34,925 bases of DNA from Oligoflexales bacterium (GCA_045105515.1 JBGCDR010000393.1:1-34925), one strand, 5' to 3'. Numbered from the stretch's first letter, positions 19,401 through 27,549 are shown. Numbers and translations are program-made. The notes: generated by a model from the letters alone, not told the origin.

Positions 19401-19761
19401 ATCAGGCATAGGCTTTAGCTATAATATTAGTAACGATCCTGTACGCAATGAAGATGGAAAGTTTTCTGCAATATCAACACGCACAAGAGGTATCTCCTTT
19501 TCTACAGGTATCATACCGCACTTCTCATTTGGCCTAGGATATGGAGTACAGAAAAAAGACCATGCTGAACCAACCGATGCGGCTTCGTTCAGCATGGTCT
19601 ACACATCCCCAACTAGATGCTGGGGATTAAAAACAGGATGGGCAAAGAAATTTACCGATGAAAATTGGCACGAAGGTGTATATTATGTAGGCTTAGTAGT
19701 TAATTTCTTCAAAGACTCACGAACTTTCGGCAATATAGCAAGCAAGTTTAATGAATCTTAG
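16417..19761 (+). CDS. lptD: LPS assembly protein LptD, unusually long
   Basis: OstA-like N-domain (EGNV..ISADRLVFD..GEGHV), FSPC..PPW.FRA, GIPVLYLPF..P..RQSGFLLP, RG.RLGLEYR, C-terminal Y..RCWG; start codon (TTG) uncertain. Confidence 0.82.
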   Translation: MIFHTITLSYLLLFGSAISAQEEGNIFEPPSNAIRQKAQTLGETSVSEPAIQSSGTIKEVSEKSIEKEDKNKALPSKKATLGPQLFFDADYSTFDKEGLTHRFEGNVIAIAARIIISADRLVFDKKNNQVSGEGHVVVIAPSQVISGTSLVLETNSNEFTMTNAMVLVNDSEILQKYNREILGFTNQELTFEAERKNRLNEISKKKALIRDSFRGEGKTKPEDSLIERYIALLEQEELIRKQTNSSLAKLSPSKRESFQRRRNFWQKSRGIPLGEQPSITRIGYFVIEGESIKRLTEERFLAKRAFFSPCFCQEDDTPPWGFRAEEIHAQGEGYADLYHPILEIKGIPVLYLPFLKIPMKSKRQSGFLLPSLTHSNINGSMYSQPIFFALNESSDATLTTDLIENRGLRLGLEYRIQSRQYSGWEFQFESIRDRLWLNEKEKRLLLAKDFRQGLERARNRIAENPATENGLAENDPEYQTLSDPGWWRKNGLNRCLAEESHSQCMEHEIDNRLQLPSNSWRGQFKWKGQSIIAPRLNLISHGTLLSDHRYQEDLWVPSFSEISQKAPIDLYSTSRARLHLDGENFYLGAGSHFSDPILALEKFSGYQIPLYFKLQSRMISLFDSMSPLPLYLQSSIESRRIEVFTESIFDSTLTRNQALQRLGNGSWQRLALKLKSPLVKEQIISADYFSDFEYRSTQIDRLHRIHHNLATGAEDQLPDSRVGDSYLHSIVSGIHFGLPLDGRYSSPSRQDIPLDHPENTTSVLEHRMNWDVTFSLRSYAARRGSYGTTSEYISFDEQTNNWSDIIGARTLSYYPSDQSIYPSQLVTFSTTHDWITYQQAWNLVPGSKKQIESSSSPSNRDETSSNRYTRLKKQAEQELIYSLDRPILGVSDLFNTDGSFSANRYQLTSKDQHVPLHLEASISFDYLKVTPREERKSYNRDNDIDTALPEPWTPLASKAILRFKSWSLNSESDYNLYKKLFTKLNFNLSPPSFFQSGIGFSYNISNDPVRNEDGKFSAISTRTRGISFSTGIIPHFSFGLGYGVQKKDHAEPTDAASFSMVYTSPTRCWGLKTGWAKKFTDENWHEGVYYVGLVVNFFKDSRTFGNIASKFNES

Positions 19762-19763
19762 AC

Positions 19764-20420
19764 TCAACGTCTTAAAAGGTCTGCAACCGCCTTTTTAGCA
19801 ATTTCATTTGCAACACTTGCAAAACCGTTTTCAAATGCCTCGTCAGCCTTCAGAAATCCATATTCAACTGACGAACTTGCATTCAAAATACCATAAGTGG
19901 AGTTTGCACCATAAGACCTTTTAAAAACCAATTGCTTTTGTCTAAGATCCCAAACCTCTACCACAGCAGTAGCCGATATCTGTTCTTGCTTGGCATAGGA
20001 GCTTGCCCTACGATAACTGGGGTAAGCATGCATAGGATATGGACTCGGTATCTCTAAAGATTCATCAACAAATGAATCAGGACCTTTTATTTCACCAAGC
20101 TTGATATCAAAAGGATTGATATTAGCCCTAAGCAGTTGGCATCTAAGGTATAAGTCAGCTTGGTTTTTAGGAACAAGCCTCAGCCTTCCATTGATTGCAA
20201 TATGTTTTTGCAAACTCTCCCACAAATACTCATGGGGCAAAGCCATCCTTGAGGTATCATAAACACCCTCCACTGCAATAGTCTTGGCCTTGTTAGGCGT
20301 TCTCATATGCAAATTGGAAAACTTATAAGTGCATCCAAGCATGAGTGATATTAAGAATCCGATAGCTACAAATTTCGAAAAAGTACTTGCAAACATAAAA
20401 AAAGGCCTCCCAGCAGACAA
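19764..20420 (-). CDS. lptE: LPS assembly lipoprotein LptE-like
   Basis: Lipobox MLGC-TYKF, KTIAV..V.D, ADLYL, C-terminal amphipathic helix; convergent with lptD. Confidence 0.72.
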   Translation of the reverse strand: MSAGRPFFMFASTFSKFVAIGFLISLMLGCTYKFSNLHMRTPNKAKTIAVEGVYDTSRMALPHEYLWESLQKHIAINGRLRLVPKNQADLYLRCQLLRANINPFDIKLGEIKGPDSFVDESLEIPSPYPMHAYPSYRRASSYAKQEQISATAVVEVWDLRQKQLVFKRSYGANSTYGILNASSSVEYGFLKADEAFENGFASVANEIAKKAVADLLRR

Positions 20421-20497
20421 GCCTAAAATAAGGTCCTAATTAGAGTCTATAAAAGTAGAGAGAGAAGTCTAGGCATATTTGAACCCAAGATTCTAGT

Positions 20498-22051
20498 TTA
20501 TGCCTTCTCATTCACTTGATTGTTCTTCTCTTTCATTAATTCATCTAGTCCAATAATAGACATAACCCAAAAAACAGTAACTGAAATTGAAATCAAAGCT
20601 ATATATGGAATCGATTCTTGCAGATTTGAAAAAATCAGAAGTAAAGCCATAATGATCACTGACCCGCTTGACTTTCCAATACGAGAGGCTATGCCATCAA
20701 TCACAGCTTTGCCTTTACGTTTTTCCATTATACTTAGAGGAATAAAAGCCATTTCCTTCGTCGAATCATAAATGGAATACTTAGTGCCTCGTGCCATGGC
20801 ATTTTGCACTCCACCTAATACCACCGAAATCCAGGTGAGAGAACTGGAAAACATATCAAATACAAAAGTTTTAAAAAGCTCATTTCCTTGCAAGGAAATT
20901 AAAGGAAAAAACAATAGGCTAGTGCCCAAGATAATAACCGGAGTGATAAGGGTAGCTCGCTTCCAGCCAAACTTCCTAATAATTATATGTGCCAAAAAAA
21001 CCAAAAAAGTTGATAAAATGCCCTTGTACATGGTTACCTTACCGATGAATCCAGCCATTTTAATTTGATCTGAGCCAAAATAGTTTTTGACTTCTTGACT
21101 CCAAAGAATGTCGGTAAGATTAAAGACCAGATTATAAGCAACGACTAGTACCAATAGATACAAAAGGTATTTTGAATTAAGCACTTGATTGATAGATTCA
21201 GTGAGGGTAAAGACCACCTTTTCTGGTTTTCTTTTCTTAGGTTTAGGATCAAATTCCAGATTATATACGGGATACTCAGACATTTTTTTATTAGAATAAC
21301 GAAAAAGAAAGGTTGCGATAATTGCCATAAAAGTAGCTATACCTATAACAACCAATGCATAATTTGCAATTGAGTCTTTTTCTTCTCCCAAGAAAATAGA
21401 AAAATCTTTTTTCGACATGGTAAACAAAAGCCAGCCAGAAAACGTTGAAGCTAGGTTCCCTCCTAAATTATACAAGGGATAAAACCTCGCTGCTTTAGTC
21501 ATAGGGGTTACCTCATTTACGTAACCCCAATAAAGCATAAACATGATTACACTCGACCAAACCTCACACATCACATAAAAGATACTGACATACCAATATT
21601 GAATCATTGAGATCAAACCTCGCATTCCAGTCGGTAGAACTGATCTCAAAAACTCTGCCACCTTATCTAAAGTGAACACGTATCCATAGGGATATAAAAC
21701 TGTGGCAAACAAGACATAGTAGCTAATAAAGATGGAAATCATCGTGTAAAAGATATTTTCCCGAGAAAGGACGCGAGACAACCTGGTAAACAGATAAGTG
21801 AATAAAAAAGCGCCGGGTACGATTCCCCAAACCTTTAAGAATGGAATAATTTCTGCTCCGGCGGTCGAGACTGAGGTCACCAAGGTGATTTTCAATGGCC
21901 TTAGACCGTTATAAATAAATGCAAGGCAGAAATATAAAAAAAAGACTGGAAGGAAAAAGCCAAATTCGCTCTTCTCCACTGGAAAAAAAATTGCCTTCAA
22001 TTTATTCCAGATGCGGAGCCCCATCGGATTAAGCTCACTATGTTTAGTCAT
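20498..22051 (-). CDS. NTT/TLC-family nucleotide transporter (ATP/ADP translocase-like)
   Basis: About 12 TMs; GAEIIPFLKVW, FYVMCEVWSS, YWGYVNE...A.RFY, KYSIYDSTKEMAFIPL, KGKAVID, RIGKSSGS. Confidence 0.92.
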   Translation of the reverse strand: MTKHSELNPMGLRIWNKLKAIFFPVEKSEFGFFLPVFFLYFCLAFIYNGLRPLKITLVTSVSTAGAEIIPFLKVWGIVPGAFLFTYLFTRLSRVLSRENIFYTMISIFISYYVLFATVLYPYGYVFTLDKVAEFLRSVLPTGMRGLISMIQYWYVSIFYVMCEVWSSVIMFMLYWGYVNEVTPMTKAARFYPLYNLGGNLASTFSGWLLFTMSKKDFSIFLGEEKDSIANYALVVIGIATFMAIIATFLFRYSNKKMSEYPVYNLEFDPKPKKRKPEKVVFTLTESINQVLNSKYLLYLLVLVVAYNLVFNLTDILWSQEVKNYFGSDQIKMAGFIGKVTMYKGILSTFLVFLAHIIIRKFGWKRATLITPVIILGTSLLFFPLISLQGNELFKTFVFDMFSSSLTWISVVLGGVQNAMARGTKYSIYDSTKEMAFIPLSIMEKRKGKAVIDGIASRIGKSSGSVIIMALLLIFSNLQESIPYIALISISVTVFWVMSIIGLDELMKEKNNQVNEKA

Positions 22052-22081
22052 AAATGTAGCCAGCTAATAAGTTAAAGTCAC

Positions 22082-22129
22082 AAAAAAGCAAAAAAAAAAC
22101 CGAGCTATGCTCAGATTTCCTATTTTGCT
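22082..22129 (-). terminator. Intrinsic terminator directly upstream of the NTT start codon
   Basis: Minus strand CUGAGC-AUA-GCUCGG followed by U10, then GC and U6. Confidence 0.7.
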
Positions 22130-22301
22130 AGAGTGCTTTTGACCGAATGGAACATGATGACATGTTTTCTGTTTAAGCGTTTCCTAGCCGTTGTGGGGGC
22201 ATAATACATATTCCTGTACATTTTTATAGCCCAAATTAACAAACAGCTGATATAACGAAGATTTTTTTAAATAGCTATTCTTCTGCATTAAAAACAGGCG
22301 T

Positions 22302-23780
22302 TTAAGAATCAGATTTCCGAATTTTTTCTATCAGGTTTGAACTTGAAAAGCCGTCTAAAAACTCAATAGTCTGAACCTTTCCTCCGTGTCTTAAAACGTA
22401 TTCGGCGCCAACAATTTCATTGATTTTATAGTCTGCACCTTTGACCAGCACATCAGGAGTAATAGCCTTGATTAATCTGAGAGGGGTCGACTCTGAGAAC
22501 GGAAGCACAAAATTAACACAAGCTAAACCACCAATTAAGTTCATACGATTCACAAGATCGACATATGGTCGCTTAACTCCTTTTAATGCCCGCACAGACT
22601 CATCTGAATTAACAGCAACGATCAAGATGTCACCTAGACTCCGAGCCTTTTCCAAATAATTCAGGTGTCCGGCATGGAAAAGATCGAAGCAACCATTGGT
22701 AAAAACGATTTTTTTATGCTTTTTTTTCAGTGATGGCAAAGTCGCAAGCAGTGTATCTAGATCTACCACTTTATTGACGCTTGCAAGCTTTGGTACACCA
22801 GACTCCGAAGCTAGTACTGCCTTCTCAAGCTCATGCCTCAAAATTGGTTGGGTTCCCCATTTTTCAACCACAATTCCAGCTGCTAAGCTCGCAAGCTGGA
22901 CCGACTGTTCAGAGTCAACCTTAGCGGCGAAACTCAAGGCCATCATAGCAGCAACCGTGTCACCAGCTCCCGAAACATCAAAAACTTCTTTGGCTAAGGG
23001 CTTATGAAAGATTGGTGCCTGTTTTTCTTCACTTGTAAAAAGACCCATGCCTTCACTACCCAGTGTCACAAGAACATTATTAAGCAGATACCTACTCTTA
23101 AGCATGAGCCCTAGTTCTTCAGCCCTCGGAGCGCTCTCAATATCAATGCCAAGAGCTTCGCACGCCTCTTTACGATTAGGAGTAATAAGATCACAGCCTT
23201 TGTATTTACTAAAGTCTTTACCTTTAGGGTCGACAATGGTGGGAATTCCGTGAGCGTTTGCATGCTCAAAGACCCTTGCTAGAAAGGAAGTAGGAAGAGC
23301 ACCTTTGCCATAATCGCTCAACAAGATAGCATCAAAATCCGAGCCAATAAGCCTTGTCCAGATCTCATCTTGTGCTTCTTTATCAATTGCTTGTACTAGC
23401 TCCCAGTCTACACGTAGCATTTGCTGATGACCGGCTGTAATACGTGTTTTCTTGATGGTCGACCTATCTGGAACTGTGACCACCCCGTCCGTATTAATTT
23501 CATCTGCAGATAATATATTACTTAGATTACGAGCTGATTCATCCTTGCCCCAGACACTAAACAGGAATGCCTCACCTCCAGCCAACTGCACGTTTCTTGC
23601 AGTGTTTGCTGCACCACCTGCGCTATAAAGCTGCTTCGAAACCCGAAGAATAGGAACAGGAGCCTCAGGAGAGATGCGTGAGACTTCTCCTTCTAAGTAT
23701 TCATCGAGGATAATATCACCAATTACAGCAATTTTTTTACGGCCTTCGTGCATTAGCCAAGGAAGCATAGAAAACTCCAT
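22302..23780 (-). CDS. hldE: Bifunctional heptose 7-phosphate kinase / heptose 1-phosphate adenylyltransferase
   Basis: VIGDIILDEY, RISPEAPVP, GGAANTA, SDYGKG, DVSGAGDT; FTNGCFDLFHAGH, VNSDESV, LVKGADY. Confidence 0.97.
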   Translation of the reverse strand: MEFSMLPWLMHEGRKKIAVIGDIILDEYLEGEVSRISPEAPVPILRVSKQLYSAGGAANTARNVQLAGGEAFLFSVWGKDESARNLSNILSADEINTDGVVTVPDRSTIKKTRITAGHQQMLRVDWELVQAIDKEAQDEIWTRLIGSDFDAILLSDYGKGALPTSFLARVFEHANAHGIPTIVDPKGKDFSKYKGCDLITPNRKEACEALGIDIESAPRAEELGLMLKSRYLLNNVLVTLGSEGMGLFTSEEKQAPIFHKPLAKEVFDVSGAGDTVAAMMALSFAAKVDSEQSVQLASLAAGIVVEKWGTQPILRHELEKAVLASESGVPKLASVNKVVDLDTLLATLPSLKKKHKKIVFTNGCFDLFHAGHLNYLEKARSLGDILIVAVNSDESVRALKGVKRPYVDLVNRMNLIGGLACVNFVLPFSESTPLRLIKAITPDVLVKGADYKINEIVGAEYVLRHGGKVQTIEFLDGFSSSNLIEKIRKSDS

Positions 23781-23869
23781 AAAATGGACTTAGATCATTA
23801 TTTAAAGCCTTCTTCTTGCATAACAAGAAGTCAAAAGCAAGCATTTCATTGCCAGGATTTTGGCGCCCC

Positions 23870-23885
23870 TGTCACCCCCTTGACA
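23870..23885. promoter_or_regulatory. Putative enhancer (bEBP upstream activator sequence)
   Basis: TGTCA-CCCCCT-TGACA palindrome (TGT-N10-ACA), about 60-75 bp upstream of the sigma54 -24 element; an extra TGACA half-site at 23891-23895. Confidence 0.5.
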
Positions 23886-23944
23886 TTCAGTGACAATAAT
23901 AAGGCAATATTTCGCTGTACAACCATATTTGCATAGCTGTTTTC

Positions 23945-23960
23945 TGGCATGATGTTTGCT
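23945..23960 (+). promoter_or_regulatory. Sigma54 (-24/-12) promoter of the flagellar operon
   Basis: TGGCATGATGTTTGCT, exact GG-N10-GC spacing. Confidence 0.85.
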
Positions 23961-24042
23961 AGCAAAGAGTAAGTCAAACTAAATGAGAAGGACACCTGAT
24001 GAAACGACCGATTAATGGGCGTTCAGGTGCTCGCTAGGCAGC

Positions 24043-26433
24043 ATGAACGCAATAAATAATTTATTTCCAATTTTAACTGGATTACACATGGCTCTCGCTA
24101 TTCAGTGTTTTATGGATTCATCTCTTAGCTTTGCTGCTGGAAGATTTGGGGAGCTCATCTTTACATTTAATGAAAAGAAACCTTTTTCATATAGTGAAAA
24201 CCTCAAAGAAAACACCTTAAGTCTACACTTCCAAAATACTAGTCCCTCCGAATTAACAGCTCTTAATAAGTATGATGACACCGTAATAAAAAGGGTTCTA
24301 ATAAAAGACCTAGGTCCTTCAGGATCCAAAGTAGAACTAAAATTGAGGGACAAAAACTTAAGGGCTACAATTGATGAGCTTGAGGAACCTTACCGAGTAG
24401 TAATCAATATTTTCGATTACTACTATAAACAAAACATAGATCCTAAGAGTAACCTTCCGTTGGTAGAAGGTAATTCTGGACAATTACAAGATAAAATGCA
24501 GTTCTCAGTACCATCAAGCCAAGAACCTTTTTCATCAAACTCAGGTCCAACTGAAACCTATAGCACACTTAATATGGCCAGGAAGCAGCAGCTCCCAAAC
24601 ATTGGTAATCAGGCTAGCGAAGCTCTCCACAAGAGAAAGTTGCTCCAACCAACACCAGATATCATAGACAATGCAGAAGATCTAGCTATAGCAATACAGA
24701 AGACAGGTGAAGGTCGAGGTAAAGAATGGAAATCCTTTCCATTCTATATGTACCCGATACAAACGGCAGTTTACTCTGGCCGGTCACAGCCTTCAGGCTG
24801 GAGCAAACGAGAAAGCCAAAAAAGCATGAGCAGCGCCCAAAAAATGGCGGAATTTGCTCTTAAAATGTATCGTTTCGGAAATGAAAAAAGAGCTCTCGTA
24901 GCGTACCAGCAGGTGCTCTATAAAGATCCATCAATATTTGAGAAAGATGCCTTGCACCTTTGGGCATTTGCAGAATCCCACTTGGGACAAGCTAACCTTT
25001 CTCTAGCTGATGGCTACTTTGAATCTCTTATCAATAGATTTCCAGAATCACCACTATCGAGGTTCTCATATTTAAGAAGATTGGATATTCAAGCTCTGAA
25101 ACTGATGGCAAACAGTAATGGTGCCCAGCTGGTTGAGCTCGCTCAACCTCTTGCTAAATTAGATACTCTCGGAAACGGGGAGCTAAAAGCGCAAAAGGTG
25201 ATACGCCTAGCATATTGGACACCGCCATTTCCTAACAGTTTCCAAAAAGACCTCCCCCTAACATCGATGCCCATTTTACAACAAATGGAAACTGTGATGC
25301 CTCAAGTAGAAAGCAAACGCACAGCATTTCTAATTGCCAGTATTATTCTCAAGAACGCTCTACAATCTGAATCGTTCTGGACAGCAAAGACAGGGCTCCT
25401 TGCAGGCAAATACTTTAAAGTCTATGACGAAGAGACAGGAAAGCCATTCTATAATGATCTCCACTCCCTCCTTAAGGAAAAAGTATCAGACATACTAATT
25501 GATAGTTCAAGTAAGAAAGCATTTGCTCAGACTATCACAACCTATGAGGCTCTTCCCCAGAATATACAGCTAGTCAAAAATCATATTCAAGTATCATGGA
25601 GCATTAGTGAAGCCTACCGAAATCTTGGACAAATGGAATTAGCTCTCCCTTTCTATCGTCTTTCAGCAAAACAGTCTGAAAAGGGACTAGGCTTATTTAG
25701 GTCATTATTTTGGCAATCAGTAATTGCGTCTAATCTTAGTTCAAACTTCCGCACTAGTGGGAAGAGATCCGCTGCATCAAAATACAGGCAGGAAGCAAGT
25801 CGTGCCGATAGACGCATGGGGATTGTTTGGAGTGAGCTCAATGAAAACGAAAAAAACAGTTTAAAAGTTTCCTATAAGAAGCATTTTGAGCAGACACTTT
25901 CAGACCCAGGCCTTTTGAAAACGCCACCACGTATCATACTCAGCAGTTGGAACGAAGCTCTAGGCTCAAATCAAAATATTGATTTAGAAAACAGTGAAAA
26001 AGAGTCGATCAAATCCTATAGCCCATCTGGTGATGCCATTCGCCTGCTGCGAAAATTAATCAGAAGGTTCCGAATACTAGGTCTCAATAAAGAACGAAGA
26101 GAAGCAACTAACCTTTTAAAACAAATCACTCCTGATAAGTTCGAAGGTGACAAAGAAGCACAAGCTGCATGGACAGGAGAACTGATAAATCTTGCAGAAG
26201 AATATCGAGAAAACAATCAATACTTGGAAGCAGGGCGCCTATATACCTTCACTGCAGAATCTGCAGTTGACTGGAATGGGAGAGCTGAAAACTTATATAA
26301 GGGAGGTTTACTGCTCTACCGATCAGGAAAACGCAAGGAGGCTATCGACTCATTAACAAAAGCAAGTCAAGACGGAGATAATCTGTTTTATGCGAATTTA
26401 GCAAAAGAGAGACTAACACAACTACTTCCATAG
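24043..26433 (+). CDS. Exported protein with an AMIN-like N-domain and TPR repeats, first gene of the flagellar operon
   Basis: Hydrophobic N-terminus; LEEPYRVVINIFD (AMIN-like end); TPR-like helices (FESLINRFPESPLS, ISEAYRNLG, LYKGGLLLYRSGKRKEA). Confidence 0.7.
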   Translation: MNAINNLFPILTGLHMALAIQCFMDSSLSFAAGRFGELIFTFNEKKPFSYSENLKENTLSLHFQNTSPSELTALNKYDDTVIKRVLIKDLGPSGSKVELKLRDKNLRATIDELEEPYRVVINIFDYYYKQNIDPKSNLPLVEGNSGQLQDKMQFSVPSSQEPFSSNSGPTETYSTLNMARKQQLPNIGNQASEALHKRKLLQPTPDIIDNAEDLAIAIQKTGEGRGKEWKSFPFYMYPIQTAVYSGRSQPSGWSKRESQKSMSSAQKMAEFALKMYRFGNEKRALVAYQQVLYKDPSIFEKDALHLWAFAESHLGQANLSLADGYFESLINRFPESPLSRFSYLRRLDIQALKLMANSNGAQLVELAQPLAKLDTLGNGELKAQKVIRLAYWTPPFPNSFQKDLPLTSMPILQQMETVMPQVESKRTAFLIASIILKNALQSESFWTAKTGLLAGKYFKVYDEETGKPFYNDLHSLLKEKVSDILIDSSSKKAFAQTITTYEALPQNIQLVKNHIQVSWSISEAYRNLGQMELALPFYRLSAKQSEKGLGLFRSLFWQSVIASNLSSNFRTSGKRSAASKYRQEASRADRRMGIVWSELNENEKNSLKVSYKKHFEQTLSDPGLLKTPPRIILSSWNEALGSNQNIDLENSEKESIKSYSPSGDAIRLLRKLIRRFRILGLNKERREATNLLKQITPDKFEGDKEAQAAWTGELINLAEEYRENNQYLEAGRLYTFTAESAVDWNGRAENLYKGGLLLYRSGKRKEAIDSLTKASQDGDNLFYANLAKERLTQLLP

Positions 26434-26442
26434 GGGGATCAC

Positions 26443-27549
26443 GTGTCAAATTTTAAACTTCAGCAACCACTTTATTCGGGGAATCAGCCAGGTTCTTATC
26501 CAAATGCCAGTACCTATCTCGATTTTATTCAAAACCGCAAAGGTCGTAGACCAGATAGGGATAGTAAAAAACCATTATTTCCAGCAGCTGACGAAAAAAT
26601 GATGCGCATTCAAGATATCATTTGGCAAATTGCCGATACCAATGTGCCAGTATTGATTACTGGGGAATCCGGAGTTGGTAAAGAAGTCATTGCCAAAGCT
26701 ATCCATAATGCTTCAAGTCAAACCAATCGACCTTACATTGCGATTAATTGTGCAGCAATGCCTGCAACTTTGCTTGAAAGTGAATTATTTGGATTTGAGA
26801 AAGGCTCATTTACTGGAGCAAATCAAAAACACATCGGAAAATTTGAAATGGCCAATAATGGCTCTATACTATTGGATGAAATAACCGAGATAGATCCTTC
26901 TCTACAAGCAAAACTACTCAGAGTGCTGCAGGAAAAAGAAATTGAGCGCATCGGTGGAAAAAATCCAATCCCCATAAATACTCGTATCATTGCTACCACC
27001 AACCGAGACATCGTTTCAGCAGTATCTCAGGGTAGGTTCCGTCAAGACCTTTATTATCGTCTATATGTCCTCCATATTGAAATCCCTCCTCTAAGAGAAA
27101 GACCCAAAGATATAAATTTACTTGCTAACCACTTTTTAGAGGAATGCAAAGCAAATTTTTCTCGTCCAAACTTAGCATTCTCTGCAGATGCTATGGAAAA
27201 ACTTAACTCCCATAACTGGCCCGGAAATGTTAGGGAGTTACAAAATATTGTGCAAAGAGCTGTGATCATGTCAACCCAAGACACCATCCGCTCGGAGTCA
27301 ATTCCGATCGAAGGAGAAGGTACTCCAATGGTTTCGTTAGACTGGGTCAACTCGCTACCTATTGGACAGACCCTTAGGGTTGTAGAAACTCACTTTATTT
27401 TAGAGACCCTCAAGAGCCACAGAGGCAACAGAACTCATGCAGCAAAGACTCTAGGAATCAGCTTAAGAACCCTCAGAAATAAGATTAATGAGTTTACTGC
27501 CGAAGGCTTTGAAGTCACTGCACCCTTGAGCGGGAGAAGTCTTAGATGA
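26443..27549 (+). CDS. Sigma54-dependent transcriptional activator (flagellar FleQ/FlrA/FlgR-like) without a sensory domain
   Basis: Walker A GESGVGKE, ESELFG, GSFTGA, LLDEI, FRQDLYYRL, WPGNVREL, HTH GNRTHAAKTLGISLRTLRNK. Confidence 0.93.
   Translation: MSNFKLQQPLYSGNQPGSYPNASTYLDFIQNRKGRRPDRDSKKPLFPAADEKMMRIQDIIWQIADTNVPVLITGESGVGKEVIAKAIHNASSQTNRPYIAINCAAMPATLLESELFGFEKGSFTGANQKHIGKFEMANNGSILLDEITEIDPSLQAKLLRVLQEKEIERIGGKNPIPINTRIIATTNRDIVSAVSQGRFRQDLYYRLYVLHIEIPPLRERPKDINLLANHFLEECKANFSRPNLAFSADAMEKLNSHNWPGNVRELQNIVQRAVIMSTQDTIRSESIPIEGEGTPMVSLDWVNSLPIGQTLRVVETHFILETLKSHRGNRTHAAKTLGISLRTLRNKINEFTAEGFEVTAPLSGRSLR

Noticed and set aside
22127..22200. ACAAC..CUAGG/UCUAG resemblance to the NAD+-I riboswitch
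   Set aside because: The closing P1 pairing for the 5' GCCCCC is absent; the similarity is superficial
23840..23856. Minus-strand TGGCAATGAAATGC as a sigma54 promoter for hldE
   Set aside because: Spacing is GG-N9-GC, not N10
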